Below, piece after piece: positions 37,255-50,986 of a stretch of 64,000 nucleotides of DNA. The position numbers and the translations under genes are program-made. The stretch is from Podarcis filfolensis. Its lineage: Eukaryota. The notes beneath the pieces are model-generated. The model searched no databases and was not told where the DNA came from. It worked only from the letters and a program-made list of their open reading frames with translations. How positions within the stretch are numbered: position 1 is the stretch's first letter; every line of letters begins with the position of its first letter. The DNA lies in NCBI GenBank assembly GCA_964270895.1, contig OZ185442.1; one strand, 5' to 3'.

Positions 37255-40200
37255 TCCTAGGGGGTACATGACTACTTGTTAGCATAGGTCAGTTTCTAGA
37301 CTGGCCTCCCCCCAAAGTTCAGATTTCTTGTCTATCTCTAGTGGGTATATTCCCCACTGCCCTACTCTACTTGAATCATGTGTGTGTGTGTTTGTGTGTT
37401 CTTCCTCACTATATGGCATAGAGAGCCAAGAAAGGCAGAGGAGGAGATTCATTATATTTTTTCAGGGATTGTATTCTTCCTTGGGACCAGTCTCATTCAT
37501 TGCTCCATGTGGCTCCATCCCTCCACCTGGCAGGTGCTTAGGGTGGGTAGGAAGGGGGATGCTCTGAAAATATTCATTTGCTTCTGATATCAGTAGCAGC
37601 ATCATAATCCCCAGTCACCGCAACCAGTAAGAATATAATTCTGGAATATGCTCAGGCTAGGAGTTTGGAATGTTCTCCAGGGGAAGTTCTAAAATTTGGG
37701 GAATAACAGAGTTTCTCTATATATGCTAATAGCAAATGGATGTTATAGTGATATGAGTGATGGCCACAAAAACTCCATACTGCAGCCTTCACGCTAAAAG
37801 CAGGCAGTGAAAGTTCACTTTCGCTCCCTGACGCAGTAGTGGTTTTGAGGTGAACAGATGGAACCAGGAGCATCCCAAAAGTAAATGATTGCATGCCCAA
37901 TAATGCAAAACGCTATCATGTCTATCTTTTGTGGAATGTATGGCTTTACAGTAAGGGTTATTTTAGACTTGGTCTAGCCTTAACTGGCACATCTGCACCC
38001 AATCTCCATGGATCGCCAGCCTCCATGAGAGTGCAAAACTGTGTAGACCCAAAGACTTCAAGGTATGGATCGGGTGAAAAGGAGAGATAGGGCAGGGTGT
38101 CACAGCCCTCATGCACTTCTGTCTACAACACATAATGTATGAGGGAGGTGTAATGGGACTAATATTTAGATAAATCACAGGATACGTGCAACGTAACGAC
38201 AGTAGGGATTGCAATTAATGTCAGGAAACTCAAACATTCTCTACAATCCCCATTCTGCATCGAAACATCAGTCGCTCTCCAACTCCACCAGAACAATCTG
38301 ACTTATTATTAAGAGGGGGGGGATAGTTAGCAACCTCTGAAACAGCACACCATATATTAAATAGCTATAGGGTTTTTTCTTCCTCTTTTGATGTCAATGG
38401 CAAAAAATGCATTAAGAAAGAGTAACTGTTTCATGTCATTCTGCTTCAGTATTAATATCTTGCTTTTAATTGCTCAACATGACAGATCATTAAATCCAAA
38501 CAGGTTTATCACAGTGTAACAAACTTTATGCCTTAAATAAATAAATCTAATTTACCTATGCTGTTTTTTTAGAATTTATTTTTCTATAAATCATAATTGT
38601 GTGACATGTTTATACAATAAACTGCCACAATTTATGTTCTCCAGATTTACTATTTTTAAAATAGGCCATTATGCTACACTTCCAATATGTTAATTTCCAC
38701 CAAAGTTTCCATAACCAAGAATGACCTATATCAGGAGAAAGAATTTAGAATTGGACTGACCTCTGGCAGGAAGATTAACTTGCAAATGCCTGGGGACAGA
38801 TGTCAGAGGAGGGAATTGTGTGTGCATAAGAAGAAAAACAGCAGAAAATGTATTTTGCAATGCTATATGAGAAAGTGGTAATGTACCAGGGTAGCAAATA
38901 CTAAGACTATTGCGCTGCTACCACAATTCAGGTAAGTGACACCTGCAGTATTCGCATTAGTCAGAATGGTACCCACTCTGTTTTCACCATGGAAGAAAAT
39001 CTCCATTACAGACATAGAAAGAAGCTGAATTTTCTGATGAAGATGAAGGCCATCAACCATAAATTGCACCAACCTCACTCATACCTCGCTCCCACTGACA
39101 GGGAGGTTCAGTGGGCTGGCTCAGACATAATGCTAAACCATAGTCTAGCATTACAATTATGTGTCTAGGTGAGTTTCAGGCTTGTGTGTTGTCCCCTCCC
39201 CATCCTCATTCCAGCACAACTGTGAAGAGACTGAAACTTTCCACTTTAGATTAACTATACTTCTGCATGGCCTCTGAATCCAATAAACTGTTATTAATGT
39301 TAACTATGGTTTGCTGAAACAAGTCAACTTCAATTCATACTTTAAGGAGTTTGTTTTATTTTAGCAACCCATAGCTATGACTACACTTCAATAGATTAAC
39401 TGTCATTAATCTAAACTAGAAGCTACCAATCTCCATTAGAAGGACATGTTCATAATGTTGGAGGAGCAGAGGGGGGCGGGGAGCATGCAAGCCTGAGACA
39501 CATAGTGCTATGTCTGAACCCTCCAATTATACGATGGCCCTATTTTGCACAGCAAATTCTGCTTCACAGTATATCCTTGTGGGCATGAAATTCCCAAGGG
39601 CTGAGCATCGCCACAGTGAAAGTAGCAAGAGGGCTAGTTTAGGCTTAAGAGGACACTATGGTCGTAACTCTGCAACAACATGGATACCCAGCACTTCCGA
39701 CTTTTTGAACAACAACAACAGCAAGAAAGGGACCGATCCATGCCTCAATAAGCTTACAACTTAATTTATTTATATCATATTCACCTAGCCGTTTGCTCTC
39801 TTATGGGCGTCTCATAAGGAGAATATTAAACTTAAAAAAAGAGTAACGATAACGATTTCAAAATGACATTTCAACAAAGAATTAAAACCTAAATTCATTT
39901 CCTCCACCAAAAGTCTGTTGAAAACAAGGAAATCTCTTTCTGAAGTTATTATCCGTCTTGCATTCTCCTTCCAGCTCAAGACTGACATACATATGTTTGC
40001 TGAAAAGGGCCGCTATTCATTTCCTCATGCAGGAAACAAATAGACTATACCCCTATAAATCTGAAGGCTCCTTCTGAATCCATGCCTCTGGGTGTGTATC
40101 GCCAATGAGTGCTCCCAGCATTTTACACCACAGTTTCAAGTGATTATTAACTTATCCCCAATCTTCAAGTGTTCCTAACACCAAAGGATTCCTTTTAAGA

Positions 40201-42889
40201 GGCATTTTCTCATTTCTTACAAATATAGTTCCCTGGTTATTCAAGGAAAAGAAAGGCTTACAGAAGCAGCCAGCAGTGCAGTTGGCTCTATTCAACTTGA
40301 CAATAAGCACACCATCTCTTTTCTCCTGTCAGGATGCTCCCTACACATGTAAATATTTAATGCTAATACCATCCTTCACTCAGGGCTCGTATTGTCTGAT
40401 CAAGCATCTATTTCTGTCTCTTAGATACACTGGAAGATAAAGAACATTTTTCATGTCTCCTGCTCAGTCACACAGAGCCTTGGATTCTCAAAAGTTCTCC
40501 AAAGTTCAATAATTCATTAAATGCCGCGCACAAGGGCCAGTCTCACTCGCTGAAACACACAACTCTAGACTATGGGGAAACTATTAAATATACCTTGGTG
40601 ATTTTTTTCTTTTTAAAGACATTGCTCCCAAGAGGTACTATTTTGTGTTGTCCACAAAGAAGGAACCCATGTCATTTCTGTGCACATATTTACCAAGTCC
40701 AATGACTGCATTACCCTCAATGTTCAACATCTTGGTAGTTTGTTTTGCTGAGGATCTAAAAGCAAATCAGCTACCACAATTCTGCAGGAATTCCAAACAG
40801 GCAGCAAAAGTTCACCAGAACCATGTTTTGCTTAACAAGGCAACAGGACGTTTATTATGTAATATTAAGGGCATAATTCACCAAGGACAGCTTTTGTACA
40901 TGTTTCAGAAGAACAGAGGGAATTTTCACATGTGCACTCTTGTGCAAGCCACATTTGTTCAAATTAGGTTTGCTCAGGAGATATTCCTGGAGGGTTATGC
41001 CTCAAGTTGTTGTGATGCTATACTGGCAACTATTTTCAAATTCTACAATTGCAACGGGTTTGCAACAGCAACAGTACAGAACTCAGCGGCTCAGAGCTTC
41101 TTTCAGACTTGAAATGGGGGGCAATTTTCACCTTTTGTTCCCAGGTACACAAACCCAAGTTCAAAATAACTGAAATGTGAAGGGTAAAACGTCAGGACTC
41201 AGGAAATGTAAGACTCCAGGCAGTCACAATCCAGTAAGGTGGGAGAGCTGGGTGCCACTTTTGGGGGGCCAAAAGCAGTTACATGGTCCAAAACAGGAAG
41301 GAGTCAGATACCAAAGCAGCAACTGAAGAGAGGACAGAGAAATTACAAGGTCTTAATCCAACCCTCTGATCATTAGACCATTCAGGATCTCTTCCTTCCC
41401 TTCATATATTCTTGACCTCAGCAATGGGAAGAGATCACCAAACACACATCCCAACACTGGGAACCACTAAGATTTACAAGACTGGACCATTCAAGCTATT
41501 CCTGTTTCCATCAGGAATTTGGTTTCCAGGTAATTGGAGCAGGACAGCAGGCGTTATTAATGAAGAACTTGAATTTGTTGTCCGCTCTCACCATCTTCTA
41601 TGTTTTTCAGCTGATACATCTTTCATGGTAGCACTTTATTGACTGTCTTCCACCAATGAAAGATGTCCTACACCTGCATACCAATCACGGTTGCCCCTCA
41701 TTAAACACTGACCCTTCATCTCCTATGTAGCAATACTAAACATAAATTACATTTTGTTGTAGCCCAAAGGTGAGAGAGATGAGAGGAGTATAAACAAGGA
41801 ATAATGCAAGAGCCGGTTGGGTCAGCCCATCATTATAGTCCTTTCAGAAGCTATTGATCTTGCACGTAGTCAGTGGACTGAAAATAATTACTTCTCCTAA
41901 CCTATGTTGTACACAAGGCAGGCAATAACAACAGGTCAGGAAAGATGCATATAATGTTTGTTTCCTGTTTAACTGTTTTAAATGATCTTTCCTGGACACT
42001 GTTGAGTGTGATGCTTCATTTCCCAGCAAAGAAAAAGAAGAGGTATCAAAAAGAAATACGGGACTATAATCCACCCTGAAATTTAATGGCACGGTCATTT
42101 GTAGCATGCTGAACTATACCCAAGTACAAACAATTCTGAATATGTAGCACACAGACATCATCACTGTGATACAAAGAACTATTCTAATGCTAATGGTCTT
42201 AGGGATGGCTAATAAGGGGCAATATCCAGCTACCATGAACTGTCAGTGCATGGATGTATGCACTATTCTCCCCACTGTGTGCACCCTGGTTACCACATCT
42301 GCTCCAGGCTAGGGTTGACAAAAACCCCAGAACAGATTGAGGGACATGGGAGTTCCATTACACAAGTGGAAATCCTTGCTCAAGTTGGATACCACCCATG
42401 CTTTTTTGCCTCATTCCCCCAGCCCAGCCCAGCCCTTTGAAGTCACAGGCTTCAATTTCACCAGGCTGCAGCAGAGGGAGAAGTGAGACCTTCTCCATCA
42501 GCCCAGCTTGGACAAGCTGCCTCCTCTTCTCCCAGAATGGAATCCACCAATGAAGCAGCAAAACACCTTCCACTGGCCTGCCTGGGACCATCCATTTGGC
42601 TCTCTCCACTCCCAGAACTATCCCCTGCCATGGCTTAACTGCCTGCTCCTTTCCTAACCCTTTCTCCTTTGGTATCACATCTATTAAGATGTAATATGGC
42701 ACTTCAAATGGTGCTGGACTCCAACTCCCATCACCCCATCCATTGGCCATGCTGGCTGGGGCTGCTGGGAGTTGGAGTCCAACAACACCTGGAGGATCCC
42801 AGATTCCCCACCCCGATGTAGGCCATTACTTTAAACTGCTAAACACCTGGATGCATTGGCAGAAAGGCAATATAGATGAGGAGGAGTTT

Positions 42890-43106
42890 GGATTTGATAT
42901 CCCGCTTTATCACTACCCTAAGGCGTCTCAAAGCGGCTAACATTTTCCTTTCCCTTCCTCCCCCACAACAAGCACTCTGTGAGGTGAGTGGGGCTGAGAG
43001 ACTTCAGAGAAGTTTGAGTAGCCCAAGGTCACCCAGTAGCTGCATGTGGAGGAGCGGGGAAGCGAACCCGGTTCACCAGATTACGAGTCCATCACTCTTA
43101 CACTGG
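42890..43106 (-). mobile_element. Squam3-like SINE, CpG-richer subfamily
   Basis: gatttgatatcccgcttt...ctctgtgaggtgagtggggctgagag...cccaaggtcacccag...gaacccggttcaccaga. Other copies near 28765-28945(-), 34090-34320(+), 53400-53615(-) and 59525-59740(+). Confidence 0.8.
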
Positions 43107-43245
43107 ATGATGATGATGATGATGATGATTTATTTATACCCCGCCCATCTGGCTGGGTTTCCCCAGCCACTCTGGGCATCTTTCAACAAAATATTAGCAA
43201 TAGAATAAAACATCAGACATTAAAAACTTCCCTAAACAGGACTGT
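43107..43245 (-). mobile_element. L2 3' end with (ATC)n tail
   Basis: Reverse complement of the same 3'UTR as at about 3450-3560 (cctgtttagggaagtttttaatgt...ccagccagatgggcggggtataaat). Confidence 0.88.
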
Positions 43246-43930
43246 CCCTGTTGCTGTTGTTGTTAAGTAATTATTAATTATGCAGAATCTGCAATTCATA
43301 TTAAAAGCAGTCCAAATTAAATCAACAAGAACAGCAGGGTTCTTCCCTGCTCCTTTTGGACACATGGGACTAAGAGATTTGGTTCTTTGCTTCGATCCAC
43401 TTCCTCTGTTCTGCCAGCCTATATCCTGGTCCCTTAGACCAGCATCCCAGATTATTTGTGATTTTCTTTCCCTACTTTGCTGAGTCTTTGCCTCAAGTTG
43501 CAATGGACAACTGTCTCCTCCCACCCTGGAGCCATGTCCACTGCATTTTTTCCTTTTTGCCACCCAAGTTGGTTGGGCTTTTGGGGGGGACATAAAAATG
43601 CCTGGGGGGGCCCAAACTAGGGATTAACTACCACTACTTCATAGCTTAGCCTTAGTGCTGCCTGTGAAAATAGCCATTGCAGGATCATTACCACAAGAGC
43701 TTCCAGTAGCTGCAGCAGCAGCTACCCTTTTTCAGCCTGGGAGCCACATGTACTCACGAGAAACCTTCCAGGAGCCACATTCCACTGGTGCGCTTGGGCC
43801 AGAGGCAAAGAGTGTCACATGAAGAGAGTCTTAAGGGCTAGATAGAAAGTTCCAGTCCAGATGTTCCCCATCTGACATATAATGCAGCCTCTATACCTGA
43901 AGCATGCAAATGCTGCTTAAGACTAAGCTA

Positions 43931-44172
43931 CAGTGGTACCTCGGGTTAAGTACTTAATTCGTTCTGGAGGTCCATTCTTAACCTGAAACTATTCTTAACC
44001 TGAAGCACCACTTTAGCTAATGGAGCCTCCTGCTGCTGCTGCACCGCCGGAGCACGATTTCTGTTCTCATCCTGAAGCAAAGTTCTTAACCTGAAGCACT
44101 ATTTCTGGGTTAGCGGAGTCTGTAACCTGAAGCATATGTAAACTGAAGCGTATGTAACCTGAGGTACCACTA
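43931..44172. mobile_element. Tc1/mariner (Tigger/pogo-like) MITE, 242 bp
   Basis: TIR CAGTGGTACCTC / GAGGTACCACTA, flanked by TA on both sides; internal taacctgaagc repeats. Confidence 0.88.
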
Positions 44173-47100
44173 TATTTCACCGCAAAGAAGATAACCTGCA
44201 TTCTACCAAATGCAAATAAGGACCATCCACTGTTCTGTATGCAAAAGTAGCCAGCCACAACCCTTGGATGTTCATAGGCAGCGCATGGTGACAGAGGGAT
44301 TTGACAATATTCAAATGAGCAGATAACAATAGTGGAAAGGTAACTATCTCACCAGCAGCCTGCCTTTCTTTTGGTGCCTTGGAGGCCCATTATGGTAAAA
44401 GTTGCTCAGCTGGAGGCATATGTAAGGAAATGCCTGTCACAGTCCCAATGCAAATTTAATTACTTCAAGTTAAAACCTTCCATCTTGTCTAAGGGTCCTT
44501 TTTTTTTTTTTTGGAGGGGAGGGAACCCTTGCAACTGTAAACAAGCACTACATTGCAATCAGGTGTCAAGGGCTTATTTGATCTCTTGCAAAATATGTCA
44601 CAAATCACTGGCAGAAAGTGGGTCGAGTGAGAGAACAAAGGAAAAATCTGTCAATGGACTAGGTCGCTCATGTGAGTTTGCCTATTAGTGCACCAGATCT
44701 TTCTGCTCCTGTCTAATGCTGTCCATATAAAACAATCCCAGCCTGACAGTATTTTGTTATCTTGCATTTGATGTAATTTTGCTACAGTAAGCAGAAATCA
44801 GGGAGGAGGGAGAGGGGGACAACCGGTAGACTAACCGTAAGTAACACTAAAAGGCATCAGAAATGTTGCACTGGAGAAAAAAAAACATACCAACTGCATC
44901 TTATTTGCTCACTTTGCCATTTACACACTGCTACTGTACACTTTAAAAAAAAGTGCCTTAAGACAATGCCTGAGAGGTAGAAGATAAAAACCACACACCA
45001 AAATGGCACTTTGTGCTGTCGAGCAACATTTCTCCATTTGTACTTTTCGCCTTTGAGCCACATCTCAGGGAAGAGTGATCCTAGGGAAGCAGAGTCGCAC
45101 GGAAACACATCCACTTTCATTAATCCATTACATTTCTACGGCAACATAGCCTACCTCCTTTGAACGGTGCCCTAGCCTAACATATATCAGGAAGACTGGG
45201 GGAAAGCAATGTGAGGGATGCCCAGGTGTTCAGAATTAATATATGGGCTCTGGCACCTTCGCCAAGCTGGCTTCCTCCAGATGTTCTATATTACAACACA
45301 CATCAGCCCAGAATATCTTGGGGGGAAGCAGGTTGACAAATGCTTGGCTATGCTAACTAGGCTTTGGGAAGGAGCCCTTGCGCCTCCTTCCTAATGCTGC
45401 TACCACTCCGGCAGCTGATTCCATGGCCCCTATCCACTGGCAGTGAAATATTGGGGCACCCCGGGAGCAAGGTAGAATGCATGGCGGCTGTAGGAAAATC
45501 GTAGTCATCCTGTTAGTGGCACTTGGAGGGTATGCTAGTTTAGCAATATTTGTGCTTATATGGGCCCCAAGGCAGCAAACATGGTTTCTCTCATCCAGGC
45601 ACTGACCACACCCAGAACCTGCTTAGCTTCCTCTAGGTAGCAGCTTCATGTGCCTTCAAACCATATCCTGGGACCCTGTTTTAGCATCCTATTTTGCACA
45701 TACCAGATGCTTCTGACAAGCTCACTAGCAGAGGTAGAGGGAAGCAAGAGAGGCCAAAGGCCACTCCTGATCTCACGCTACATAAAATCTCCAGAGCCAA
45801 ATAATGGTTTAAAATGCCTTTGCATTCACAACTCGGTGCATATAAATTTCTGGACTGGGTTATTTGCCTCTTGAAAAACCATCCCTCGATTTGTACCACA
45901 TGGGAGGTAAAATGTGAAAATTCGCTAACCATTATTCTGACATGTTTAGCAGATCTAATGTCTATGTATCTTTCAACCTTCGGAAGCACATTAATCACAC
46001 AACGTCTTGATAGCCACTTACAGTTATTACAACACACCTGCTTTATTAAGTTTATAAAATGGATGCTCAGACTTCTTTGTTTTCCAACTAAGAAAAAGGG
46101 AGGGGAGATAGCCTGTTTGACTATGCGATTCTGGATGTGTTTCATTTATTCATATACAGCAATACCACTATGGGGACAGTATGCTTCCTTGGTCTGGAAC
46201 AGACTTCTTTTCCATTCTCCAGCTGCTTGCTAAACTGAATTCATTACAAGACGAGTGCCAGTTCTATTTATCCCATTCCATGGAAATTTAAACATTACAT
46301 AAAATGTTACCATTCCCTGCATTATAAACTCGCATATGAAGTGTATGATAATATTAGCATTAATGTTTTCGTAGCCTCTGAAGCAAAGCAAATAGGGGAT
46401 GAAGTAATTCTGTCTATTACTCAACTACAGTTGCAAATGAGAAAATTACAAGAGGCATATTGAGTGATAATAAAGAGCCCAGGCGACAACTGTAACAATA
46501 TATCTACTTTGTCATCATAGTCTTTATATATTTAAGAAAAGCTAATCTGCAATTTTTCCTCACCAATATACATTAGCTCCCCTGTTGAATTTCAGCCCAT
46601 TAAATTCCAGCCTATATGTTTTACTCACTTCATTTGTTGGGAGGACAGAGACAAACAAACCATCAAACCAGACGACACGCCGCACTTACAAATTCCATAT
46701 AATGCTTTGCAATTACAAAAGGAATCATTGCAATTTGTTGCATTGCTACATTAATGGAACTGTGCCACATCAACTAAACTATATTTGCTTCAGGTTACAA
46801 CTAGCAGCGTGTCCTATGTCCTGGACCTTTCCATTGTCGGTAGCTACAGATGTGATATATGCTGTTTGCAAGCTCCGTGGCAGAAAGCCACAACAGCTGT
46901 CAGCAAACGTTCCAAAAGGTTTCTTGTTAACATTTCCAGACATTGTGCGACCCAAAGCAGGGGAAAGAGCAGTCAATGCCTTCCTCAAAACAGAAACTGA
47001 TGTGGCATTCTGATTTTGTTTTATTTTAAGAGGCATATACATTTTCTCCCTTCAAAACACCTCATGTGCCGTGTGAGCCAATCCCACGCACATTTACTCC

Positions 47101-47781
47101 AAGGTTAATGTCACTATTGCTGCAGGAATTACTCCCGGACAGTTGTGCACAGGATCACAACCTTGAACATTTAATCTGCACCGCTTGGGGAAGTTGTGTC
47201 CAGCTAAGCTATACTCAGAGCAGACCCACTGAAAAAATGAAGCTAAGTTAGCCAAGTCCATTAATTTCAGTTGGTCTGAGTAGAATTAGCATTGGATACA
47301 ACCTACTATTATTATTATAATTGGCAGCAATAGGCAGCAGAGAGCTGTAGAGTGAAATGATTTCTCAAAGTCAACTGCAAGTCATCTGAAAGAAAAATGA
47401 AATTCCAAGCGGTGGTATTCACAGAGCTCAGAATATCTGAAGGGAAAGACATATCAGGGGCCAAGTCCAAATCATGTTTAAGCCCACAGGGGTCCAGTTT
47501 CATGTACCACTGAATGCCTGCAACTACAACACACTTGCAGGAAAGGACTATTCCTATAATCCCCTGCATGTGGTCTTCTTGGATGCAGCTGGTTGGTTGC
47601 CGTGAGAAAGAAGAACTTGATGTGGATGGGAATTAATCTGGATGGGAATCGACCATTTATCTGATGAAGCAGATAGCTCCTATGTAGCTATGTTTGCAAA
47701 GGACAGAAGCTGCATAAGCTCTGAAATTCCATGGCCACACAGAAGAGGGAACTCTGAACAAGAATGGTCACACTTCAGGCT

Positions 47782-47957
47782 GGCTGGGAAGAGGGACTGA
47801 CTGTTAAATCATTCTGGGAGTTGCAATTTTGTGAGGGGTTCAGGGTTCTCCTAACAACTCTCAGCACCCTTAATACACTATAGTTCCCATGATTCTTCAA
47901 GGAGGAAGCCATGACTGTTAAAGTGGTATCATAGCTCTTTAATGTGCTGATGGGGCC
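47782..47957. mobile_element. Right half of the same Harbinger-like family
   Basis: gggaagagggactga...ctcctaacaactctcagcacccttaa...gccatgactgttaaagtggtatc aligns by eye with 56015-56545 minus the SINE. Confidence 0.72.
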
Positions 47958-48329
47958 TGAATCAAAGCCAACACCATCTCTTATATTAGCAACTTGTATA
48001 TAACTATGTGCTGTGTGTACTTCCTTTTGTCCGTCCTGAATCTCTCTACCAGATTTCCAAACATGTAGGTGGGCTTTCAGGGAGTTCAAATAGGAGGAGA
48101 CACTCACGTTACTCTGCATCACTGATAAGACATCAATGGTTTCTCCATAGTATGAAGTGACTCCTGCACCACTGAGTCGTTGAGAAAACTTTGCTTATGG
48201 CCTAAGTGAAGGTGAACTAATATGGACCACCCCATATGAGATTTGTCCAACTCCATTTTGAAAGAAGGGCAGTAGCACTGGATGGCAACACATACAGACA
48301 GACAGTGACTGATCTGATCACGCCGTTCC

Positions 48330-48900
48330 AATAGCAGCGAGAAAGGATGAGATAAAACATTACAATGGACTCAAGAGACCAACAATGAAGTGCTGCGCTA
48401 TGGAGTGATCAGGTTTAGGGTTCCAGGCAGCCATGCTATCTTTCATGATGTTCTAGTCCACTCTGCCTGCCCCATCTTCCCAGTTTCCCCACTCCAACAG
48501 TCAGGTGGTATTCCGTGTTTACTGAGCATGCTCAGTTCTCACTGGCCCATTGGTGGGATTCTACAAGGCCACATAAGGATCCATGCTCACAAGGATGAAT
48601 TTGCTATCAAGCTGGGATATAAGGGTTCAGGTAGTCCCTGAAGTACCCTGGACCTAAGCTGTTCGGGGCTTTGTAAATTAATACAAAAATATGGAACCTG
48701 ACTTGATAGCAGATGGGCAGGCCATGCAAATGCCTTAACAATGGTGTCATGTGTCATCCAGATACCCCAATCAGCAATCTGGCTGCAGGATTCTGCCATC
48801 AGATGGAGGTTCTGAGCCAGGCTCAAGGGCAGTCCTACACAGAGTGCATTGCAGTAATCCAGCCTCAATGTTGCCAATACATGGACTATAGTGGTCTTGC
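48330..48900 (-). mobile_element. Degraded L2 LINE fragment
   Basis: ORF 48587-48877 begins LRLDYCNALCVGLPLSLAQNLHLM, an L2 RT C-terminal relic. Confidence 0.8.
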
Positions 48901-50033
48901 TTCTACCTCATGAGAATTATTTTTTTACCTGTAGCCAGATCATAGAATCATAGATATGTCAAATGTTTCTATAGCAAGCAGAAATATCTCCGCCTATTCC
49001 ACACACACAAATAAACACTGATACTAAAGGGTCAAAGGGATGACAGTATCATCTGCCTTGAGCTACTCTATCACAGTCATTCTCCTCCTATCAAAGAGAA
49101 CAATTATATCATTTTATATCTGCAGCTGCAAAGAAGCCAAACTAAAAACAAGTACCCTTGAGGTGTCTTCGTTTCCATTTTACCCAATACAGACATTTTA
49201 CTGTAAGCGCATTAAAGCTGATGGAGAGGCAAAGATTTGTGCCCTCGGAAATCAGCACTACAAAGGTCTCAACCTTTCTAACATGCCAACATTTGTAGTG
49301 CAATGACAGTGCAGTTGACAACAGACCGCTTCCCTCAAGATATCACCTTTGGTTTGGTGCTAGAGGCACAACATAGTATTATGTGTCTTTGACCTCTCAT
49401 AAAGGGGCGGACACGCTGATTACTTCTTGAAGAAGGGAGCAAATGGAAGAATGGGAGATGCCTGATGAATGGGCAAACAATCTCTGGAGTGTCCTTACTT
49501 GAGACATGTCATAACCTAGAGGGTGACAGCAGACTCTAGTAACAATCAATAGTGTGTAGCACAGTTTTACTGTTTGGATAAAACACACACAACATACAGT
49601 TTTAAAAAAACAAAAAAACTTGCTATTTCAGAATCTGACAGTGTACCACCAATGGAAATCTTCCATTATTATTTGACTAATGGTGCTTTTTTTCATTTAT
49701 TTAACTTAGGATAATTATACTTCACCTTTTTTCCTTATACATAGTATTCCCTGGGAGTCTCCCATCCAAAAACTAAATAGATCTGAACCTGCTTAGCTTA
49801 AGCAAGAAGACTGCATCCTGTGCCCTCTGGCCACACCCTTCCTCTGACACCCGCTCACACTTATATTTTGCTTATTCTTGCCTCTGGGGACCAAGAGATC
49901 TGTGTGATTACTCTGGGCAACCATGGTGACTACTTTTCCTCAGTTACCGAAAATGAGAAACTGTAACTCCGTAGTTTGATTCCACCACCAGTATAATGGC
50001 ATAGTTCTCAGAACCTACATAATGTTATCTGTA

Positions 50034-50130
50034 TAGGCAACTCCCTATTTATACGGGGGTTGCGTTCCAAGGCACCGCACATGCCACTGGCCATGCATGT
50101 ACAGAACGCATGCAAATGGGGAGTTGCCTG
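50034..50130. mobile_element. Tc1/mariner-type mini-MITE, 97 bp
   Basis: 17-bp TIR TAGGCAACTCCCTATTT / AAATGGGGAGTTGCCTG (2 mismatches), TA on both flanks. Confidence 0.8.
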
Positions 50131-50744
50131 TATTTGATTTGAAGTTGGTTTTATATAAATTGTTATTGATGATGCTTCTATTGATCACTTTGGGGAATTA
50201 ATCATAAATTGGGGGGGGGGGTTGTAGACAAGGCCAGTCCGCAAATCTAGGCCTCTGATCCAATTCTACACCAGACCATAAAATCTGGCTCTTTTGTAAA
50301 CCACTTAGAGGTCTTCTATCAAGCAATCTGTGCATACATTTTGTTAAATAACATAAATAAAACTCAAGCTCAAAAAAAGAGCAAAACAAATTTACAACTC
50401 ATGGTTGGGCTGGTAAATATTTTTGTAGGACCTAACAATATATGTTAGGCTGCTGCAGTTAGTATGTAACTTTTTTCCTACTACAGATTTGTACTAAGTT
50501 TCACAACCAGTTAAACAGAATAATGTTTTGCCAGTAACAACTAGAAGGATATTCTCAATAAACTGTTTCACAGCTTGGGAGTATCCAAGCGGTATACCAC
50601 TGGCCATAGTGGCTGATGCCAATGGACTACAACAACATTTGGAGGGCCACATCTACGGGGTCACAACTTCCTCATACCTTGTATGTGGCAGTGGTGAGAG
50701 CGGCGGGCTTGAGCAGGGAGCGAAGGAAGGCCTAAGTTCAAATA

Positions 50745-50986
50745 CAGTGGAACCTCGGGTTATGTACCGTCCTCCTTACAAATGCTTCGGGTAAGGAGCT
50801 CCGCTAACCCGGAAGAAGGTTCCCCTAGTTTCGAACTTTGCCCCGGGATGCAAGCAGAAGTTGCGCGCCGGTGGCACAGCAGCAGCTGGAGGCCCCATTA
50901 GCAAAAGCGCACCTCATGTTAAGAATGGTTTCGGCTTAAGAATGGACCTCCGGAACAAATTAAGTTTGTAAACAGAGGTGCCGCTG
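50745..50986. mobile_element. Tc1/mariner (Tigger/pogo-like) MITE, 242 bp, opposite orientation to 43931
   Basis: TIR CAGTGGAACCTC / GAGGTGCCGCTG, TA TSDs; interior is a diverged reverse complement of the 43931 element. Confidence 0.86.

Noticed and set aside
40645-41112. 155-aa plus-strand ORF
   Set aside because: No ATG start, no splice context and no recognisable homology; consistent with chance in 64 kb.
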